From Gemmatimonadota bacterium (GTDB lineage Bacteria; Gemmatimonadota; Gemmatimonadetes; Gemmatimonadales; Gemmatimonadaceae), in the NCBI GenBank assembly GCA_026387895.1, contig JAPLKT010000147.1, forward strand, positions 14,625-78,624: a stretch of 64,000 nucleotides of DNA, given 5' to 3'. The notes under the pieces are model-generated. The model ran no database searches and was not told the origin of the DNA. It saw nothing but the letters and a program-made list of their open reading frames with translations. This document shows, in pieces, positions 20,036 to 32,564 of this stretch. The translations under genes were made by a program, and so were the position numbers. How positions within the stretch are numbered: the stretch's first letter is position 1; each line of letters opens with the position of its first letter.

Positions 20036-21609
20036 CAGTGACCGACCGGTGACATCGAGGCCGGCACCGGCACCGAGAGTGTAGGCGGAAATGGTCTCAT
20101 TCCGAGCATCGCGTGCCGCGATTGCGTTGCCTCCCAAGCCCGTGACCGCAACGCTAAACCCGTGGTCTGGTGGTACGCATGCGCGGCAAGACCGAGCCCA
20201 ATCATCGACCACAGCAGTGTGCCCGAGGACCCCGTGAACACTTCACCGATCGGCAGGATCGACACGAGCGCCAACGCGCAGGCGCGAAAGCTTCCCGCGA
20301 ACGGGTCGCGCCTCACGTCTGCAAATCGTAACGACTGAAAGAGGAGACAACTCAACCCAAGGAAAAAGAGAATTCCCCCGACCCAGCCGAATAGAAAGAA
20401 CACTTCGAGGACGCCGTTGTCCAATGAACGTACGCCACCACTCGAGCGAAGCTGGACGGCGCCGCCGGTATTCCCGAGTCCTACCCCCTCGGCATTTTGC
20501 ACGATGTTGTTCGCCGCCTCTTCGCCGAAACTGAGACGTTTCACGAAACTCGCGTCATCCGAAATATTTTTGAGCGACCCAATGCGTGGCAGAATCGTCG
20601 CCTTGAATTGCTGGCTATTCACGATCGGGAGGGCGAGCAACACGACGAACACCATGGTCACCGAGCGTTTCGGCAGGCGCCGGATCGGCTGCGAGGCGAG
20701 TTGCGCGATCAGCCCAAACATGAATGCGATCCACACCGCACGAGTACGGGTGAGCAGCATCGCCACCATAGCTAGCGCAATCGAGGGATACCGTAATACC
20801 CCTTTCCCTTGGACGCCGAGAATGGCCGCGACCATCAGGAAGGCGGCATACGGGCCGGGGGTGTTCAGCGTGCCGAAGACACGAATCAGAAACGGGAACG
20901 GAATGCCAAGACTTCGCATCTGCGCATTCACGAGCCACGCGCGGTCCCACTCAGGCAGAACGGCGAACTGATAAATACCATACACCGCCATAAACGGGAG
21001 GAACCACGCAAAGGCCTTCCGCACCGCGATCGCCATTTCAGGATAGACACGCCACCGCAACCCGAGATGTACACCGAATGAGAGCGGTGCAATCCAGGTC
21101 AGCAGGGCGTACGTCGCTGGAACCAGTCCGCCATTCACCAGCCCGATCGCATAGGAGTACCCGAGGGCAGCCAGGACAAGCACAAATGGCGCAAAAATCC
21201 GTCCGCGCAGCTCACGCGAATATCGAGCAATCGTGATACAGGCCAGCACGGCGACAATTTGCGGTGCCAGCAGCGCGACGTCGGTCGGGTTCCATCCATG
21301 ACGGAGGTTGAGTACCCGTCGAATGAATGGGGTATACCACCAGAGCGTGATGCTAAAGCTGATGTATGCGACCGGCGCCTGTTCGTGCAACAGCACGCCG
21401 ACCAGCACCGCTACCGCCACGAAGATGTAACTGGCGAGCGCGCCGCCCACCCCAAACCACATCGCCACCAAAAACGCGGCCCATCCCGTTAGGACAAGCG
21501 CGGGCAGACTCGAGCGTTGCAGTGGGCGCGCGATGGGGCGCGACGACGGTACAGCCCCTTGAGAGACTGGTATCGGAAACGGAACCACTGGGGCCGCCAT
21601 ACGCACCAA
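20035..21609 (-). CDS. O-antigen ligase/polymerase family membrane protein (Wzy_C-like)
   Basis: About 10-12 hydrophobic segments and a central 'LLTRTRAVWIAFMFGLIA' typical of the Wzy_C region. Confidence 0.7.
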   Translation of the reverse strand: MVRMAAPVVPFPIPVSQGAVPSSRPIARPLQRSSLPALVLTGWAAFLVAMWFGVGGALASYIFVAVAVLVGVLLHEQAPVAYISFSITLWWYTPFIRRVLNLRHGWNPTDVALLAPQIVAVLACITIARYSRELRGRIFAPFVLVLAALGYSYAIGLVNGGLVPATYALLTWIAPLSFGVHLGLRWRVYPEMAIAVRKAFAWFLPFMAVYGIYQFAVLPEWDRAWLVNAQMRSLGIPFPFLIRVFGTLNTPGPYAAFLMVAAILGVQGKGVLRYPSIALAMVAMLLTRTRAVWIAFMFGLIAQLASQPIRRLPKRSVTMVFVVLLALPIVNSQQFKATILPRIGSLKNISDDASFVKRLSFGEEAANNIVQNAEGVGLGNTGGAVQLRSSGGVRSLDNGVLEVFFLFGWVGGILFFLGLSCLLFQSLRFADVRRDPFAGSFRACALALVSILPIGEVFTGSSGTLLWSMIGLGLAAHAYHQTTGLALRSRAWEATQSRHAMLGMRPFPPTLSVPVPASMSPVGH

Positions 21610-21615
21610 CCGTCG

Positions 21616-22284
21616 CTACTGTGGCGTATGCGAGTCGGCGCGCACGGCGCGCGCGGCGTGCTCAGCCGCGATCCGTCGCCGACGCCGATATCCACGGCGC
21701 GCGACCACCACCGCATAACTCAGCAACGAAATCGCCATCGCAGAGAGGCTGCCATGTGCGAACAGGCTGAATGGCGCGAGATCGCTCTCCGGCGTCACGA
21801 TCGGACTTACCGTACGCACCGACGACCCGCCCCTCATTCCATTCAGCTTCGCGAGCCCCTCTACGTCCAATCCAAACATCGATTGCGGGAGCGTGCTGGA
21901 AAAACTCGTCGAGAGGGTAGGATCACTCGCGCGGAATATGAACATGACCGCCAGCCATAGCCCAGCAACGAGCAAGGTGCTCATGTACAGCAACCGCGAG
22001 GTGATGCCGCGCCGCCGCGTGCGACGACGGCGGCCGGACCACGGTTGTTCAAGGAGCCACCATACGAACAATGAGACAATCAGTGTGACGATGAATACTT
22101 GCCACGCGACGTACAGCTCAAACGAGAACAGGAAAAGCCCGGCAATCGTCGCCGCACTGAGCTTCCCGGATGATGGCAACTTCTCACTGTGCACATCCAG
22201 AACATCAGGCACAACGTCCTGACTCGTCCGGGCATTCATGGATGCGGGCGATGACGTCCGAGTATGGATCTGGTCAGCGGGCAT
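21616..22284 (-). CDS. Hypothetical membrane protein
   Basis: Several hydrophobic helices ('IAGLFLFSFELYVAWQVFIVTLIVSLFVWWLL', 'LLYMSTLLVAGLWLAVMFIF') separated by Arg clusters. No family recognised. The start is ambiguous: ATG 22284 (11-nt overlap with the wzc-like stop) or ATG 22239. Confidence 0.45.
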   Translation of the reverse strand: MPADQIHTRTSSPASMNARTSQDVVPDVLDVHSEKLPSSGKLSAATIAGLFLFSFELYVAWQVFIVTLIVSLFVWWLLEQPWSGRRRRTRRRGITSRLLYMSTLLVAGLWLAVMFIFRASDPTLSTSFSSTLPQSMFGLDVEGLAKLNGMRGGSSVRTVSPIVTPESDLAPFSLFAHGSLSAMAISLLSYAVVVARRGYRRRRRIAAEHAARAVRADSHTPQ

Positions 22285-24631
22285 AGTCGTAGTAGTAGCC
22301 GTATCCCAGCCGATACCGCGAACTGCGGCGGAACTCAACGTCGTTGAGGATCGTACCGGCGAGGGTCACATTCACATTCCGGAGCTGCTGCACTGCAAAC
22401 CGGAGCTCCTCGCGGTCGGTCTTATCCGCGCGCGCGACAAGCAACAGCGCGTCGGCGTGTGCGCCAATCAGGGCACCGTCGGTGAACAGATTGAGCGGGG
22501 GCGTATCGATCAGCACGTAGTCATACTGTCCGCGCAGGCGCTCGAAGAGCGGCTGCAGTCGACCTGCCACGAGCAGGTCGGCGGGATTGACGCTGGGCGC
22601 ACTGCCGAGCGGTAGCACGTCAAGCGTACCGCCGCCTTCCATCTGTACCCGCCGAATGCACTCACCCGGCGAAGCCTGGCCGTACATCAGGTCAAAGAAT
22701 CCAGGCGCCGGCGAAATGCTAAATACGTCGTGCACCGTCCCACGGCGTGTTTCGGCGTCAATCAGAATGACGCGCTGTCCGGCATGGGCCAGCGCGACGG
22801 CGAGGTTCACCACGGTCGTCGTCTTCCCGTCACCAGGCAGCGCACTCGTGACAACAATCACACGCGGCGGACGTGGCGGCGTCAGATAATTCAAGTTCGT
22901 GCGCAGTGTTCGATAGGCCTCGGCGGCCGGCGTTTGGTACTCGCGCCCCGCAGTCAGCGTGGCCTCGCCACCGTCGCTCGGAGTCGGTAATCGATATCCC
23001 ACCGACCGTGCCTGTTGCTGCAAATTGGGGATGATCCCGACCACCGCGACGCCGACAATAGTCGCCAAATCAATCTCGGTCCGAATGGTCGTGTCGAGCC
23101 ACTCGCGCATAAATGTGACCGCGAGGCCTACGAAGAGCCCGGAGAACACGGCGACCGTGAAGATCACCGTCGTCGACAAGGTCGCCTGCCTCGTGGCCGC
23201 CAACGCCTCATCCAGCACCGTAGCGGAACTATCCGTCACCGCCGCGCTCACCTCCGCCTCCTTGAGGCGTGACTGCACAAGCTCGATCAGCGTCTCCACG
23301 ATCTTCTGGCTGCGAACCAGTTTATTCAGCGTCGCCGACTGCTCTGGAATGCGCAATAACTTGGCGTTCAGGACCCGGATGCGCGGTTCGATAGCCGTCA
23401 TCGATGCGTCGAGGTTACTCAGATACGTGAGCGTACGAATCCGTACGGATTCGTAGCGTTCGGTAATTTTCTTATCGACATCGCGGATCTGTTGGTTGTT
23501 CGCGTAGATCTTGAGCATCAGCTCGTTCCGCGCCGTCAGGAGCTGGTCCACCGCAGAAGCGTCTTGCGCGGCCGCACCGGCCTTCAAAAAGTCTGGCGTC
23601 GCCTGCAAACGGCGAAGCCACCGCTCCTTGATGCCCACCGTGTCGGCCTCGCGCAACGTCTCCATCGCACGGGAAATATTGTCTCGCTGCGACTGCAGAT
23701 CGCGGCGTGCCATCTCGAGCTGCTGCAACTCAGTCGAGAGCGTCGCCTGGTGCTGTTGGATGCTGGGGATCCCTTGTTTCTCTAAAAATTCTTGAACCTG
23801 CGCTTCGTATCCCGCAGCGTCTGTTTCGAGCGCAAGCTCTTGGTCTCTGAGGTATCGGCTCTGCGCCTTCGCTGCCGATACCTGATCTATTCCCCGAGCG
23901 GTCACGAATCGATAGGCGACCGCATTCGGGATCTTCAGCACATTGAGCGAGTCTGGACCGGCGTAGCCAATCGCGATGACATTCGCTTCCTTGTTCGTCT
24001 GCTCTACGGTGATGGAGTGGCGCAGCGCCTCGGACATCTCGAGGCGCGACCGGACCTGCAGAATCATGCGCTCCGTAGCACGTCCGGTCGCGGTGAGGCG
24101 TAGCGTCCCGCCGGGTAACTGAATCTCCGCGGTATCCGGATATACGCCATACAGCGTATCCTCGCCGACCAGCGGATGGACTTGGAAACTGTTGTCGACC
24201 TTCAGGAGTCGGTACCCCTGCGACGGCGCATCCGGTCGAGTCGACGCGGATTCCACCAACGTGCCCAACTGCGTGCGCAACGGCGCATCGACACTTAACC
24301 GAAGGCCGAGTTCGTCCACCACCAACTGGGCAAGCGAACGGCTGCGAATAATCTGCTCGGCGACCGCAATCGACGTGGAATAGTCCTGCCCACCGAGAAA
24401 CGTGACGGCGTTTTTTGACGTGGACTTTGTCTGGTTTTCAATCCGAACCGTCGCCTGCGCGCCATAGGTCGGTCGCACGCGTTGTACAGCTACGACCGCT
24501 GCCGCGAGCGCAAATCCAACACACACAACGATAATCCACGCACTCCGCGATACCGTGATCCACGCACCCCGCAAATCGATCTCGGCGTTTGGCTCGGCGA
24601 ACGGGGACTGGACGGCTGGAAGGTTCTGCAC
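22274..24631 (-). CDS. Polysaccharide co-polymerase / bacterial tyrosine autokinase (Wzc/GumC-like)
   Basis: N-terminal TM plus a long coiled-coil periplasmic region and a second TM. Walker A 'SALPGDGKTTTVVNLA', 'VILIDAETRR', 'YDYVLIDTPP', and a C-terminal Tyr cluster 'LGYGYYYDYAR'. Confidence 0.9.
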   Translation of the reverse strand: MQNLPAVQSPFAEPNAEIDLRGAWITVSRSAWIIVVCVGFALAAAVVAVQRVRPTYGAQATVRIENQTKSTSKNAVTFLGGQDYSTSIAVAEQIIRSRSLAQLVVDELGLRLSVDAPLRTQLGTLVESASTRPDAPSQGYRLLKVDNSFQVHPLVGEDTLYGVYPDTAEIQLPGGTLRLTATGRATERMILQVRSRLEMSEALRHSITVEQTNKEANVIAIGYAGPDSLNVLKIPNAVAYRFVTARGIDQVSAAKAQSRYLRDQELALETDAAGYEAQVQEFLEKQGIPSIQQHQATLSTELQQLEMARRDLQSQRDNISRAMETLREADTVGIKERWLRRLQATPDFLKAGAAAQDASAVDQLLTARNELMLKIYANNQQIRDVDKKITERYESVRIRTLTYLSNLDASMTAIEPRIRVLNAKLLRIPEQSATLNKLVRSQKIVETLIELVQSRLKEAEVSAAVTDSSATVLDEALAATRQATLSTTVIFTVAVFSGLFVGLAVTFMREWLDTTIRTEIDLATIVGVAVVGIIPNLQQQARSVGYRLPTPSDGGEATLTAGREYQTPAAEAYRTLRTNLNYLTPPRPPRVIVVTSALPGDGKTTTVVNLAVALAHAGQRVILIDAETRRGTVHDVFSISPAPGFFDLMYGQASPGECIRRVQMEGGGTLDVLPLGSAPSVNPADLLVAGRLQPLFERLRGQYDYVLIDTPPLNLFTDGALIGAHADALLLVARADKTDREELRFAVQQLRNVNVTLAGTILNDVEFRRSSRYRLGYGYYYDYAR

Positions 24632-24641
24632 AGAAATTCCC

Positions 24642-25301
24642 TTACTTAATGAATATTCCGATCACGCTCACCACTACTCCGATCGCGGTCCAGAACGTCG
24701 AGATAGTCCCTACTTTTTGAATGTTTCGAAAAAGAAAGTCTGAGGGTTCGACGTAAATGCCGTCCGCGCTCGTGACGTTGATGCTGCCGATTCGCGCATC
24801 ACGGGGTATGAGTTCGCGTGACCCGTCTGGATGCAGCAACGACACAATCGGTAGTTGTCCTGCTTGGTTGCCAGCTTTTGCTAGCACGGCTAACACCGTC
24901 AAGCTTGGATCAGCGAGCACCAACGCCATCGGACGATTGGGTCCGATGATCACGAGATCGCGTTGGACCCCTACCACCACCGCCGCGTCGCGAATGATTT
25001 TGTCGTAACGTTCCGCAAACAGTGTGTTGAGCGAGTCGAAATTGAGTCCATCCACCTGGACGCGTCCAAGGCCGATCGCATACACGGTCCCGTCTGCCGC
25101 AACGGTGCCGGTCCCAGACAGCGACACGTCGTTGTAGACGCGCCATGTTACGACATCGCCTTCACTGACACGCCATGTCACGCCACGCGCGACAACCACC
25201 TGAGGCGCGAATGTCTGCGGATCGCGTGTCGCACAGCCCGCGAGTGAGAGCGACAGGAGAAGACCCAGCGCGAGGGCACGATGCATCGCTAAACCGGACA
25301 T
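24642..25301 (-). CDS. Polysaccharide export protein (Wza-like Poly_export + SLBB), short form, lipoprotein
   Basis: Lipobox 'LSLAGC', then 'GDVVTWRVYNDVSLSGTGTVAADGTVYAIGLGRVQVDGL'. 10 nt upstream of the kinase start. Confidence 0.8.
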   Translation of the reverse strand: MSGLAMHRALALGLLLSLSLAGCATRDPQTFAPQVVVARGVTWRVSEGDVVTWRVYNDVSLSGTGTVAADGTVYAIGLGRVQVDGLNFDSLNTLFAERYDKIIRDAAVVVGVQRDLVIIGPNRPMALVLADPSLTVLAVLAKAGNQAGQLPIVSLLHPDGSRELIPRDARIGSINVTSADGIYVEPSDFLFRNIQKVGTISTFWTAIGVVVSVIGIFIK

Positions 25302-25405
25302 AAAACACAGGGCTGAAAGTACGACGCGCAGGGACCGCGGTCGCGGCCCAGTGTCGACACGCGTCGCGAGGTCTATTGGAATAGGGAAGCCCGCTCTGAG
25401 ATGCG

Positions 25406-26926
25406 TCAGAACGCCCCCCGCATGCTGAGCACGACTGGGATTGTGCGCGACAAAATGACGAAGTCCCGCCAGACGGTCCAGCCGCGCAGGTAGGACGATT
25501 CCAAGCGCACGACTTCCTCAAAATCACGGATAGCATTGCGCCCACCCACTTGCCACGGACCCGTAATCCCAGGGAGCGCCTCAAAGCGGACGAAATGATG
25601 CTGGTGATACCGTGCGACTTCCTTCGGCAGCGGCGGTCGTGGTCCCACGAGCGACATCTCACCCCGGAGCACGTTGAACAGTTGCGGCAACTCGTCCAGG
25701 GAGGACGTCCGAAGAAAGATCCCCAGCGCGGTGTTGCGTGGATCGTGGGGATGCTTGAAGAGCGGGTCGTTCGAATAGACGTTGTCGTTCTCGAGCTGCG
25801 CTTGCTGCGCTTCGGCGTCCTGCACCATCGTGCGGAACTTGTACATCAAGAACGGTTCGCCCCCCAAGCCGACACGCACCTGCTTGAAGATGGCCGATCC
25901 CGGCGAGGTGAGCCGCACCGCAATCGCGACCATCGCAAGCACCGGCGAGAGCACCACAATGCCCAACGTGGCGCCCACGACATCGATGACGCGCTTGGCC
26001 ACTAACTGCGATCCCACCAACGCCGGGCGCGACAAGAGCGCCAACGGTTCCGCACGCCGCAACACGAAACTCAGTTCGTCGAGCTGTCGGAACGCGTCCC
26101 GGCGCGTCGCGTACACGCTCACGCCAGCGCTGGAGGCGGCAATCATGACGGCCTGAAGCGCCGAGTCCGAGACGACCCCGACCACCACGATCGCGTCGGT
26201 CGCAGACTCCGCGATCGCTTCATAGAGATCTCGCAGGCTATCCGCGGTGTCGATCGGCCACGACGGAGCCAACACAAAGGTCGGGCTCGCCGTCGCCATC
26301 GGACGGTCCATCAAGTCAGGATCGCGCGTCACAGCAGCCACATCGCTCGCCGGCCCAACCATAAGTGTGCGCGACGGATCAAACCGGCGCGGATCGATGG
26401 GACGCAGAGCCTCGGTTAGCCAACGACGCTGCAGCACCATCGCCAGCCAACTTGCCACTAGGACGGCTCCGATCGTCAGCCACCGCGCATGAATATTCAC
26501 CGTCCACGTCTCGGCCCAGCGCGGGAGCACGAGCCCCAGCAATAACGCGGCAAAGATTCGCTCGGCATGCAACTGACGCTCCGTTTGGGCGTACGAGCGT
26601 GTGACGACCAGGCAAAAGACCAGCGAGGTCACGCGACGAAGCAACGCGGACGGTGTCTGCGGGATCAGGCCACGAAGAAAGGACTCGGCGCCGTCCCCGA
26701 GTGCCGGCAACAACCCATCCAATGGGAGCATGGCCGCGATGACAAAAATCGTGGACACCGTCAGCACGTCGGCGAACACCAGGAGGGACCCGAAGGTCAG
26801 CTCCCGCCAAAAACGCCGACGCTGCAGCCCGAGGGCGCGGTGTCGGAGTTCAAGACGTGTGATGTAGCTCGGTGCGGCCAAGGGGACGGTTGCGGTTCTG
26901 AGACGTGGAAAAACGGGGTCCTTCAT
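25406..26926 (-). CDS. Polyprenyl glycosylphosphotransferase (WbaP/EpsB-type initiating sugar transferase)
   Basis: N-terminal TM block and a C-terminal bacterial sugar transferase domain: 'GGEPFLMYKFRTM', 'DELPQLFNVLRGEMSLVGPRPPLP'. Confidence 0.9.
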   Translation of the reverse strand: MKDPVFPRLRTATVPLAAPSYITRLELRHRALGLQRRRFWRELTFGSLLVFADVLTVSTIFVIAAMLPLDGLLPALGDGAESFLRGLIPQTPSALLRRVTSLVFCLVVTRSYAQTERQLHAERIFAALLLGLVLPRWAETWTVNIHARWLTIGAVLVASWLAMVLQRRWLTEALRPIDPRRFDPSRTLMVGPASDVAAVTRDPDLMDRPMATASPTFVLAPSWPIDTADSLRDLYEAIAESATDAIVVVGVVSDSALQAVMIAASSAGVSVYATRRDAFRQLDELSFVLRRAEPLALLSRPALVGSQLVAKRVIDVVGATLGIVVLSPVLAMVAIAVRLTSPGSAIFKQVRVGLGGEPFLMYKFRTMVQDAEAQQAQLENDNVYSNDPLFKHPHDPRNTALGIFLRTSSLDELPQLFNVLRGEMSLVGPRPPLPKEVARYHQHHFVRFEALPGITGPWQVGGRNAIRDFEEVVRLESSYLRGWTVWRDFVILSRTIPVVLSMRGAF

Positions 26927-27026
26927 GAGAAAGGCGGCTCGCAGGTGGCTCCTTCGGACTGAGCCCCCTTCCCACCCACTTGAAATATCGTCACGTAGTG
27001 CTCATTTTTCAAGCAGTGTCAAATAA

Positions 27027-28351
27027 GTGACGGTCTATTGTGTCGTTTCGTCAATTGAGGCGACTACGACAGACGTCATCCCTTTCGTCGGTATTGTGGC
27101 AACCTCTAGTCTTCCCGTGGGCACTCCGTTGCCATCCATTCCATCGCCGGGCGAAGGGATTTTCAACGCGAGCGCTGCGAGCGCTGGAGCCTCAAGTGGC
27201 GCGAGCGCTACGGGCGCTACGGGCGCTGCGGGCGACGTGCGTCGTTTCCGGCCCGAGACTGCCACACTAGAGATCGACAAGCTCCGGCACTGCCTCATCG
27301 AGGCAATCCAGCGCGGCGCGTCAGATGTTCATATCCGAGCTGGCGACGTCGTCTACGCCCGTATCGCGGGACAGCTGACCGCGCTCGACACACCGGTCCT
27401 CACAGCAGTCAGCACGTACGAGATGGTCGCCCACATCCTCGGCACTTCCAATCACGCGCCGCTCATTGACGAGGTCCGTGACTACACGGGTCCCTGGAGC
27501 GCACCGGGCATCGCACGATTCCGCGTCAGCGTTCTCCGCCAGCGCTCCAGCTTCGCGATCGTGATGCGCGTCATCCCGGATGTCCTGCCATCACTCGCTT
27601 CACTGGGACTTCCCGTGCAGGTCGGACAGGCGTTGCTCAGCGATTTTGGTCTTGTCTTCGTTACCGGCGTCCAGGGCTCCGGTCGCGCCAGCACGATCGC
27701 CGCGCTGATCAACCACCTCAACAAGCACTCGCCACGTCGCCGTCACATTGTGACGATCGAGTCCTCGATCGAATTCCTGCATCGGAATGACCGTTGCGCG
27801 ATCACGCAGCGCGAGGTCGGCGTGGACACGGCGAGCTTTGCCCGTGGCATGGACGCAGCCCTCGAGCAAGACGCCGACGTCATCGTGGTGGGCGAGATGG
27901 ACGAACCGGAGCTGCTCGAGATCGCCGTGCGCGCCTCGGAGGCAGGACGCCTCGTGATTGGAAAGATGACCGCCCCCGACTGCACGTCCGCGTTGCGACA
28001 GTTCTTCAATGGCCTTCCGCCCCAGTCCCAGGACACGGCGCGGCTGAACATTACGGAAATGCTCCGCGCGGTCGTCGCCCAGCGGCTCCTCCCACGCGCC
28101 GATGGTCACGGTCGTGTCTTGGCTGCTGAATCGCTGTTCATGACGCCCATCGTTCGCGACGTCCTCGGCGACCCGGGACGCCTCTCCGAGATTCGCATGG
28201 CGCTGTCCACTGGACGCGCCGAGTTCGGGACGCAGACCTTCGATCAGAATCTCGCCGATCTCGTGATCAGTGGTCAGGTGTCGTTCGAAGTCGCCCTCAC
28301 GCTGGCGACCAACTCGCTCGACTTCGAACTGCAGCTCCGCGGCCTGCGGCG

Positions 28352-28355
<4 letters not shown>
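27027..28355 (+). CDS. PilT/T2SSE-family ATPase-like protein with degenerate catalytic motifs (probable pseudo-ATPase)
   Basis: PilT-like from about aa 81 ('IEAIQRGASDVHIRAG', 'IARFRVSV', 'TQREVGVDT', 'VIVVGEM'). The Walker A position reads 'GVQGSGRAS' (Arg codon CGC 27684-27686). The N-terminal ~80 aa are low-complexity and the true start is uncertain. Confidence 0.7.
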
Positions 28356-30090
<1,735 letters not shown>

Positions 30091-30156
30091 TTACAGGAAC
30101 GCCAAGCGTGGGCGCTATGGCTCGGCGCAGACCACGCTCCGTCCGGGTGTCACACG

Positions 30157-31047
30157 TCAGCCGAGCATTGCCGCGAGCGCATCCGGCAGCCGCGGAAAAC
30201 CGAACCGGAATCCGGCATCCGTGAGTGCACGTGGGCGAACGCGCTGGCTCGCGAGCAGCGTCCCCTCCGCCATTTCACCAAACATCGCGCGCAACACGAA
30301 CGTCGGAACCGGTGGAAGGAATGCGGGCCGATGCACCGCTGCCGCGACGTCGCACGTGAACTCAGCGTTCGTCACAGGCTCCGGGCTCACCGTATTGACC
30401 GGACCCTGCAGGGTTGGCGTGTCAATCGCGAAACGCAGGGCGCGCACCACGTCGTCCAACGAAATCCAACTCATCCATTGGCGCCCAGTCCCGAGCGCCG
30501 CGCCGCCGCCGAGTTTGAACACCGGAAGGAGTTTGGCCAGTGCACCACCCTGCGGCGTCAGCACGACCCCAATCCGGGGATGCACGACACGAATGCCTGC
30601 GTCGCGCGCCGGCGTCGCCGCACGCTCCCAATCGAGCGCAGTATGCGAAAGGAAGTCGCTCCCCGCGGGCGTTGATTCCTCAAGCCAGGCGTCGCCGCGG
30701 CTTCCGTAGATTCCGACGGCCGATGCGCTGACGAAGACGCGAGGCTTCTGCTCGAGCCCCGCGATAGCCCGTGCGATGCATCCGGTGCCCTGCACGCGAC
30801 TATCGACAATGGCCCGCTTGTGCGCCGGAGTCCACCGCTCGCCTACGTTGGCGCCGGCGAGATGCACAACGCCGGTGACTCCCGCAAGTTTCGCACGGTC
30901 AATCCGGTCCGTTGCCGGATCCCACGCGATGTCGTTTGATCCGCCGCGCCCGATCGACACCACCTGGTGTCCATCAGCGCGCAACGATGCGGTCAGCGCG
31001 CGGCCGATTAAGCCGCTCGCGCCGGTAATGGCGATACGGTCACTCAT
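30157..31047 (-). CDS. TIGR01777/YfcH-like NAD-dependent epimerase family protein (with DUF1731-type C-terminus)
   Basis: 'IAITGASGLIGRAL', 'RVFVSASAVGIYG', C-terminal 'RVRPRALTDAGFRFGFP'. Confidence 0.7.
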   Translation of the reverse strand: MSDRIAITGASGLIGRALTASLRADGHQVVSIGRGGSNDIAWDPATDRIDRAKLAGVTGVVHLAGANVGERWTPAHKRAIVDSRVQGTGCIARAIAGLEQKPRVFVSASAVGIYGSRGDAWLEESTPAGSDFLSHTALDWERAATPARDAGIRVVHPRIGVVLTPQGGALAKLLPVFKLGGGAALGTGRQWMSWISLDDVVRALRFAIDTPTLQGPVNTVSPEPVTNAEFTCDVAAAVHRPAFLPPVPTFVLRAMFGEMAEGTLLASQRVRPRALTDAGFRFGFPRLPDALAAMLG

Positions 31048-31163
31048 ACAACACTCACTCGCAGCGGGGGCATACCCGATAAAGTCAGGGTGGAGCGCAG
31101 TTGTTCCCGGTCAGATCGACTAGCGCCCACGGCTGTTCCGCTGGTGGCCCTACGGTATGCGCC

Positions 31164-32564
31164 TCAGTACCAATACCCGAAAATAATATCCATTTCATCG
31201 TCCGAGGTCAGTCCGAACCTGACGGTTTTATTCGGGTCGGCACGATACGTCACCTCAGACGTCAGTCCCTCGCCCGGCTGGAGAACAATGGGGACATCAA
31301 ATCCAATAAATGGCGGATGATCCCACGACGTGTTGGTGAACACGATTTCGCCATTCCGCGCACCGCCGGCAATGCGAATCACAAACTTCTGCCCGCGCGC
31401 ATGCATGTGCGACGTCAGCGCGACAATGCGCGTAAGCGTCGTAAACCGGAAGGTCTTGGTGATGGTGGTATCGCGCCCTTTCTGAATCGTCAGATCAGAG
31501 TTCGCAAGATTCAAGCTGCTCGCCGCCTGCGTCACCTGCGATGCCGGCACGGTCCACAGATTCGCCTCGGCCTCGCCCGTCACGTCCTGCGCGCTCGCGT
31601 TCACGTAGTGCGAGTTCAGGTCGATCGCTTGCCCCGCAGGAATCTTGAGGGCCACGCCAGCGGGAAAACGGAAATCACTACTGGTCGCCTGCGTACCCGC
31701 GAAAAATACGTGGTACTCCATAGGCGCCATGTTCAGAATGCTGTACGTTCCATCGGTGTTCCGGATGTCACGCACCGCCCCGAGCGAGGGCAGGAGCGCC
31801 GCGGGTGTGTTCGGGGCGAAGGTGTACAGCACAAAGTGGTGACTTCCCGTGCGCATCTGCGTTTGAATCCTGTTCACCCATACGTCCGCTGTGTTGCCGA
31901 CGGGCTTGTAGTTGAAGAGTTCGCGTTCGAAACTTGATCGAACGGCGAACGAACTCAGCTTCACCTGGAACCCTGCTGATGGCGGTGCGAGCGGTGTGTA
32001 CGGTGCCGCCTCCGGACGCGTCGTCCCGGTCAGGAGTGCGGGGTCCACATCGTCGGCCGTTGGGCTCGCGCCATTCTCGATCCACTGCCGTACGAAGTTC
32101 AGCTGCTCCACCGACAACGATGGCGCGGCCTGTGGCATCGCCCCGCCGTAGTTATGCGCGTGATGTCCCGCGAGCCACTGATTCAGCTTGTGCCACAGCA
32201 GGCTCGAGTCCGGCTTCCCCGCGACCACGAGCTTCAGGCCGTCGCCTCGCGCGACACTGTTCACAGGAAGCACACTCACCAGGCGCGCGTGTACTCCGCT
32301 TCCAGACAACACCAGCGACGTCGTCGTGCTTCCTGGCGCGTGACACGAGTTGAACGCACAGGATTTTTCAAACAGCTGCGACTGGATTCGCTGAAACGAC
32401 GTGCTCGCCCCGAGCGAGACCGTCGGTGCGGGGGTCGTACCACTCTTGTCGCTCCCACCACACGCGGCAGCGAGTACGAGCGTCAGTGTGACGGCGAGCA
32501 TGCTCACGCGGAGCGGCGCCGAGAAGCGCGGGCGCCGACTGGCGCTCAAGTGATTGGTCGTCAC
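31164..32564 (-). CDS. Lipoprotein with a PHM/DBH-like copper monooxygenase domain
   Basis: Lipobox 'LAAAC'. Candidate Cu ligands sit at PHM-like spacing: H255/H256 ('GSHHFVLY'), H332 ('NSHY'), H399/H401 ('SHMHARG'), M471 ('SDDEMD'). Start set to GTG 32562-32564, overlapping TGA 32561-32563. Confidence 0.6.
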   Translation of the reverse strand: MTTNHLSASRRPRFSAPLRVSMLAVTLTLVLAAACGGSDKSGTTPAPTVSLGASTSFQRIQSQLFEKSCAFNSCHAPGSTTTSLVLSGSGVHARLVSVLPVNSVARGDGLKLVVAGKPDSSLLWHKLNQWLAGHHAHNYGGAMPQAAPSLSVEQLNFVRQWIENGASPTADDVDPALLTGTTRPEAAPYTPLAPPSAGFQVKLSSFAVRSSFERELFNYKPVGNTADVWVNRIQTQMRTGSHHFVLYTFAPNTPAALLPSLGAVRDIRNTDGTYSILNMAPMEYHVFFAGTQATSSDFRFPAGVALKIPAGQAIDLNSHYVNASAQDVTGEAEANLWTVPASQVTQAASSLNLANSDLTIQKGRDTTITKTFRFTTLTRIVALTSHMHARGQKFVIRIAGGARNGEIVFTNTSWDHPPFIGFDVPIVLQPGEGLTSEVTYRADPNKTVRFGLTSDDEMDIIFGYWY

